A DNA stretch of 64,000 bases from Treponemataceae bacterium. GTDB lineage: Bacteria; Spirochaetota; Spirochaetia; Treponematales; Rectinemataceae. The stretch is taken from contig CAXXHO010000005.1 of assembly GCA_963667725.2 (NCBI GenBank), forward strand, positions 352,001 through 416,000, read 5' to 3'. Below, one piece after another: positions 62,325-64,000 of this stretch. The notes beneath the pieces were generated by a model. That model did not search any database and had not been told where the DNA came from. It was given only the letters and a program-made list of their open reading frames with translations. The first letter of the stretch is position 1, and every line of letters starts with the position of its first letter. The position numbers were made by a program, and so were the translations under genes.

Positions 62325-62903
62325 TTAGTATAACATTCCTTTGTAATTATTCTTTATGGCTTCAATAATTTTCTCTTCTCTTTTCCTTCGTGTCTCTTCA
62401 GTTTTTGCTTCACAATAGAATCCCGCTAGTTGCTTCTGCCTAGAAGGTGAAATGTTTTCCAATAGCTTCAATATATCATTTTTCATACTCAAAATATCTT
62501 TTAGCTTTTTAATATTGGCAGCGTTTATACTATTCTTATCTACTACATCCTTTTTCTTATCGTCAATTTGATATGCTTCTATTCCAAATTGTGTAATTAA
62601 CCCTTTATCCTTAAGTTCTTTATAGATTGCTTTATTCTTTTCAGACCACTTCTTTTTATCAATCCTTCTTGAAAAGTACTTTTTATACTTTGTTTCATCT
62701 ATTGACTTCATAAGCCCATCAATCCAACCAAAACAGATTGCTTCTTCCAAAGCATCGTTTGAAGTAAAAACTTTATTTCCTTTTGTAAAAACAATCCAAA
62801 TACCATTTGAGGAACCATGGTTGATTTCAAGCCATATCCTAAATGCTTTTCTATTTTCGAATTGAAGAATTGAATTACCATTATTCATCATAATTATCAC
62901 CAA
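62325..62903 (-). CDS. YdeI/OmpD-associated family protein; start uncertain
   Basis: EEAICFGWIDG, WSEKNK, AKTEETR. Confidence 0.82.
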   Translation of the reverse strand: MVIIMMNNGNSILQFENRKAFRIWLEINHGSSNGIWIVFTKGNKVFTSNDALEEAICFGWIDGLMKSIDETKYKKYFSRRIDKKKWSEKNKAIYKELKDKGLITQFGIEAYQIDDKKKDVVDKNSINAANIKKLKDILSMKNDILKLLENISPSRQKQLAGFYCEAKTEETRRKREEKIIEAIKNNYKGMLY

Positions 62904-62939
62904 ACTTAAATATTTCTAATTTGCGCGCGAAGCGCGTCC

Positions 62940-63073
62940 GCCTAACATTGGCTTAACCCTTAACACCTGTTCCTGAGCGAAGCGAAGGATTGGCATGGTT
63001 TTTGCCTAAAGGAGCGTAGCGACTCGCAAAAACCATGACAAAAGGCGTTATAGGGTTGAAGCATTTGTTAGGC
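62940..63073 (-). repeat. attC site
   Basis: Minus strand GCCTAAC...GTTAGGC. Confidence 0.9.
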
Positions 63074-63165
63074 ATCTTCTTTATTTCCATTCTCTATAGT
63101 TACATACATTATTTTTCAATATGATACTTTATAGTTTTTTGTTAACCATATAATGTATTTCTAAT

Positions 63166-63579
63166 CTAAATATCATCTTCATCTATTACTTTTATTCCAT
63201 TCTTTAATAATAATTCTGCAGTTATTCCATTTCCTTCTTTCAATGTTCCAGTGAAAGTACCATCATAAATTTCACCTTTACCACATGATGGAGATCTTGC
63301 CTTTAGAATAGCTCTATTACATTTATAAATACGTGCAAGTTCAAGTGTAATCTCAGCCCCTTTCACAAACTCAACGGTTACATCTCTTCCGTCTTTATTT
63401 ATTACTCTTCCATTGATTATCTCTGCAGGTGGCCTTGGTGTCTGTAATCCGCCCAATTGTTCAGGACATACAAATAGTGCTTCTCCATCTTTTATGAGCT
63501 GCTTTATGTCTTTATTAAGCTTACTTTCTCCATTGTATCTACAAGGAACACCAGCTAAACATGCACTAACTAGAATCAT
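63166..63579 (-). CDS. DUF523 / TudS 2-thiouracil desulfurase family protein
   Basis: VSACLAG..CRY, CPEQLGGL.TPR, LKARSPSCG. Confidence 0.88.
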   Translation of the reverse strand: MILVSACLAGVPCRYNGESKLNKDIKQLIKDGEALFVCPEQLGGLQTPRPPAEIINGRVINKDGRDVTVEFVKGAEITLELARIYKCNRAILKARSPSCGKGEIYDGTFTGTLKEGNGITAELLLKNGIKVIDEDDI

Positions 63580-63647
63580 ATTTATCTCCTATTCTGGAAG
63601 ATAATTTATGTTTTCAATTTGTTTTTGCTCGCGCTTTGCGCGAGTCT

Positions 63648-63772
63648 GCCTAACATTGGCTTGACCCTTAACGCCCGTTCCTGAGCGTAGCGAAGGATTG
63701 GCGTGGTTTGTGCATTGTTGTTCTGCACAAACCATGACAAAGGGCGTTATAGAGTCGAAGCAGGTGTTAGGT
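63648..63772 (-). repeat. attC site
   Basis: Minus strand ACCTAAC...GTTAGGC. Confidence 0.9.
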
Positions 63773-63809
63773 TTCTTTGCTTTTTCTTAATATTAATTAC
63801 AATATTTCA

Positions 63810-64000
63810 TTAATACTTATGTACTCTATCTTCTATATTTTCTGGGATATCCAACAGTTTTATATTTTTAATTTGTGCATCACGATATTTTACTGAAAAT
63901 TCAAAGATATTGATATTAAAATATAAACCACCTTTGCAATATTTCTCATAAATTTTATGAATACCAATATGATACAATATAGAATTAACTAACAAAATCT
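63810..64000 (-). CDS. 3' end of the next cassette gene (hypothetical)
   Basis: Open frame ending just before an attC. Confidence 0.45.
   Translation of the reverse strand, partial: ILLVNSILYHIGIHKIYEKYCKGGLYFNINIFEFSVKYRDAQIKNIKLLDIPENIEDRVHKY

Noticed and set aside
56044..63772. CRISPR array
   Set aside because: The repeats are about 115-135 bp imperfect palindromes separated by whole genes, and no cas genes are present. They fit attC sites.

Overview
The window has two parts. Positions 1 to about 35.2 kb are GC-rich housekeeping and catabolic DNA, probably from a spirochaete-like anaerobe (inferred from gene style only). They carry a Dpp/Opp peptide ABC operon with a CocE/NonD hydrolase, a beta-propeller sensor kinase plus NarL-type regulator, Ada/Ogt, an ECF transporter, MFS, HAD and M20 enzymes, and an Fe3+/polyamine-type ABC system. 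They also carry an amino-sugar cluster (SIS protein, sugar ABC, AGE-epimerase/ceramidase-like fusion, DegT aminotransferase, DeoR, GntR, nagA). From about 35.3 kb to the end the DNA becomes AT-rich and forms an integron-like gene-cassette array. It has 11 intact attC-type sites of about 115-135 bp plus 5 IS-broken ones, which separate small genes (4 toxin-antitoxin pairs, Fic, methyltransferase, VOC, DUF3024, DUF523, YdeI). The array is scrambled by IS30, IS256 (with a nested IS3) and three IS1634-family copies, and its left end looks like eroded cassettes without attC. The main finding is that the only recombinase in view (57687-58571) is an IntI-related tyrosine recombinase lacking the IntI-specific insertion. 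It is packaged as a complete attC-bounded cassette with matching GTTATAA/TTATAAC cores in the middle of the array, so it may be a self-mobilising integrase cassette.
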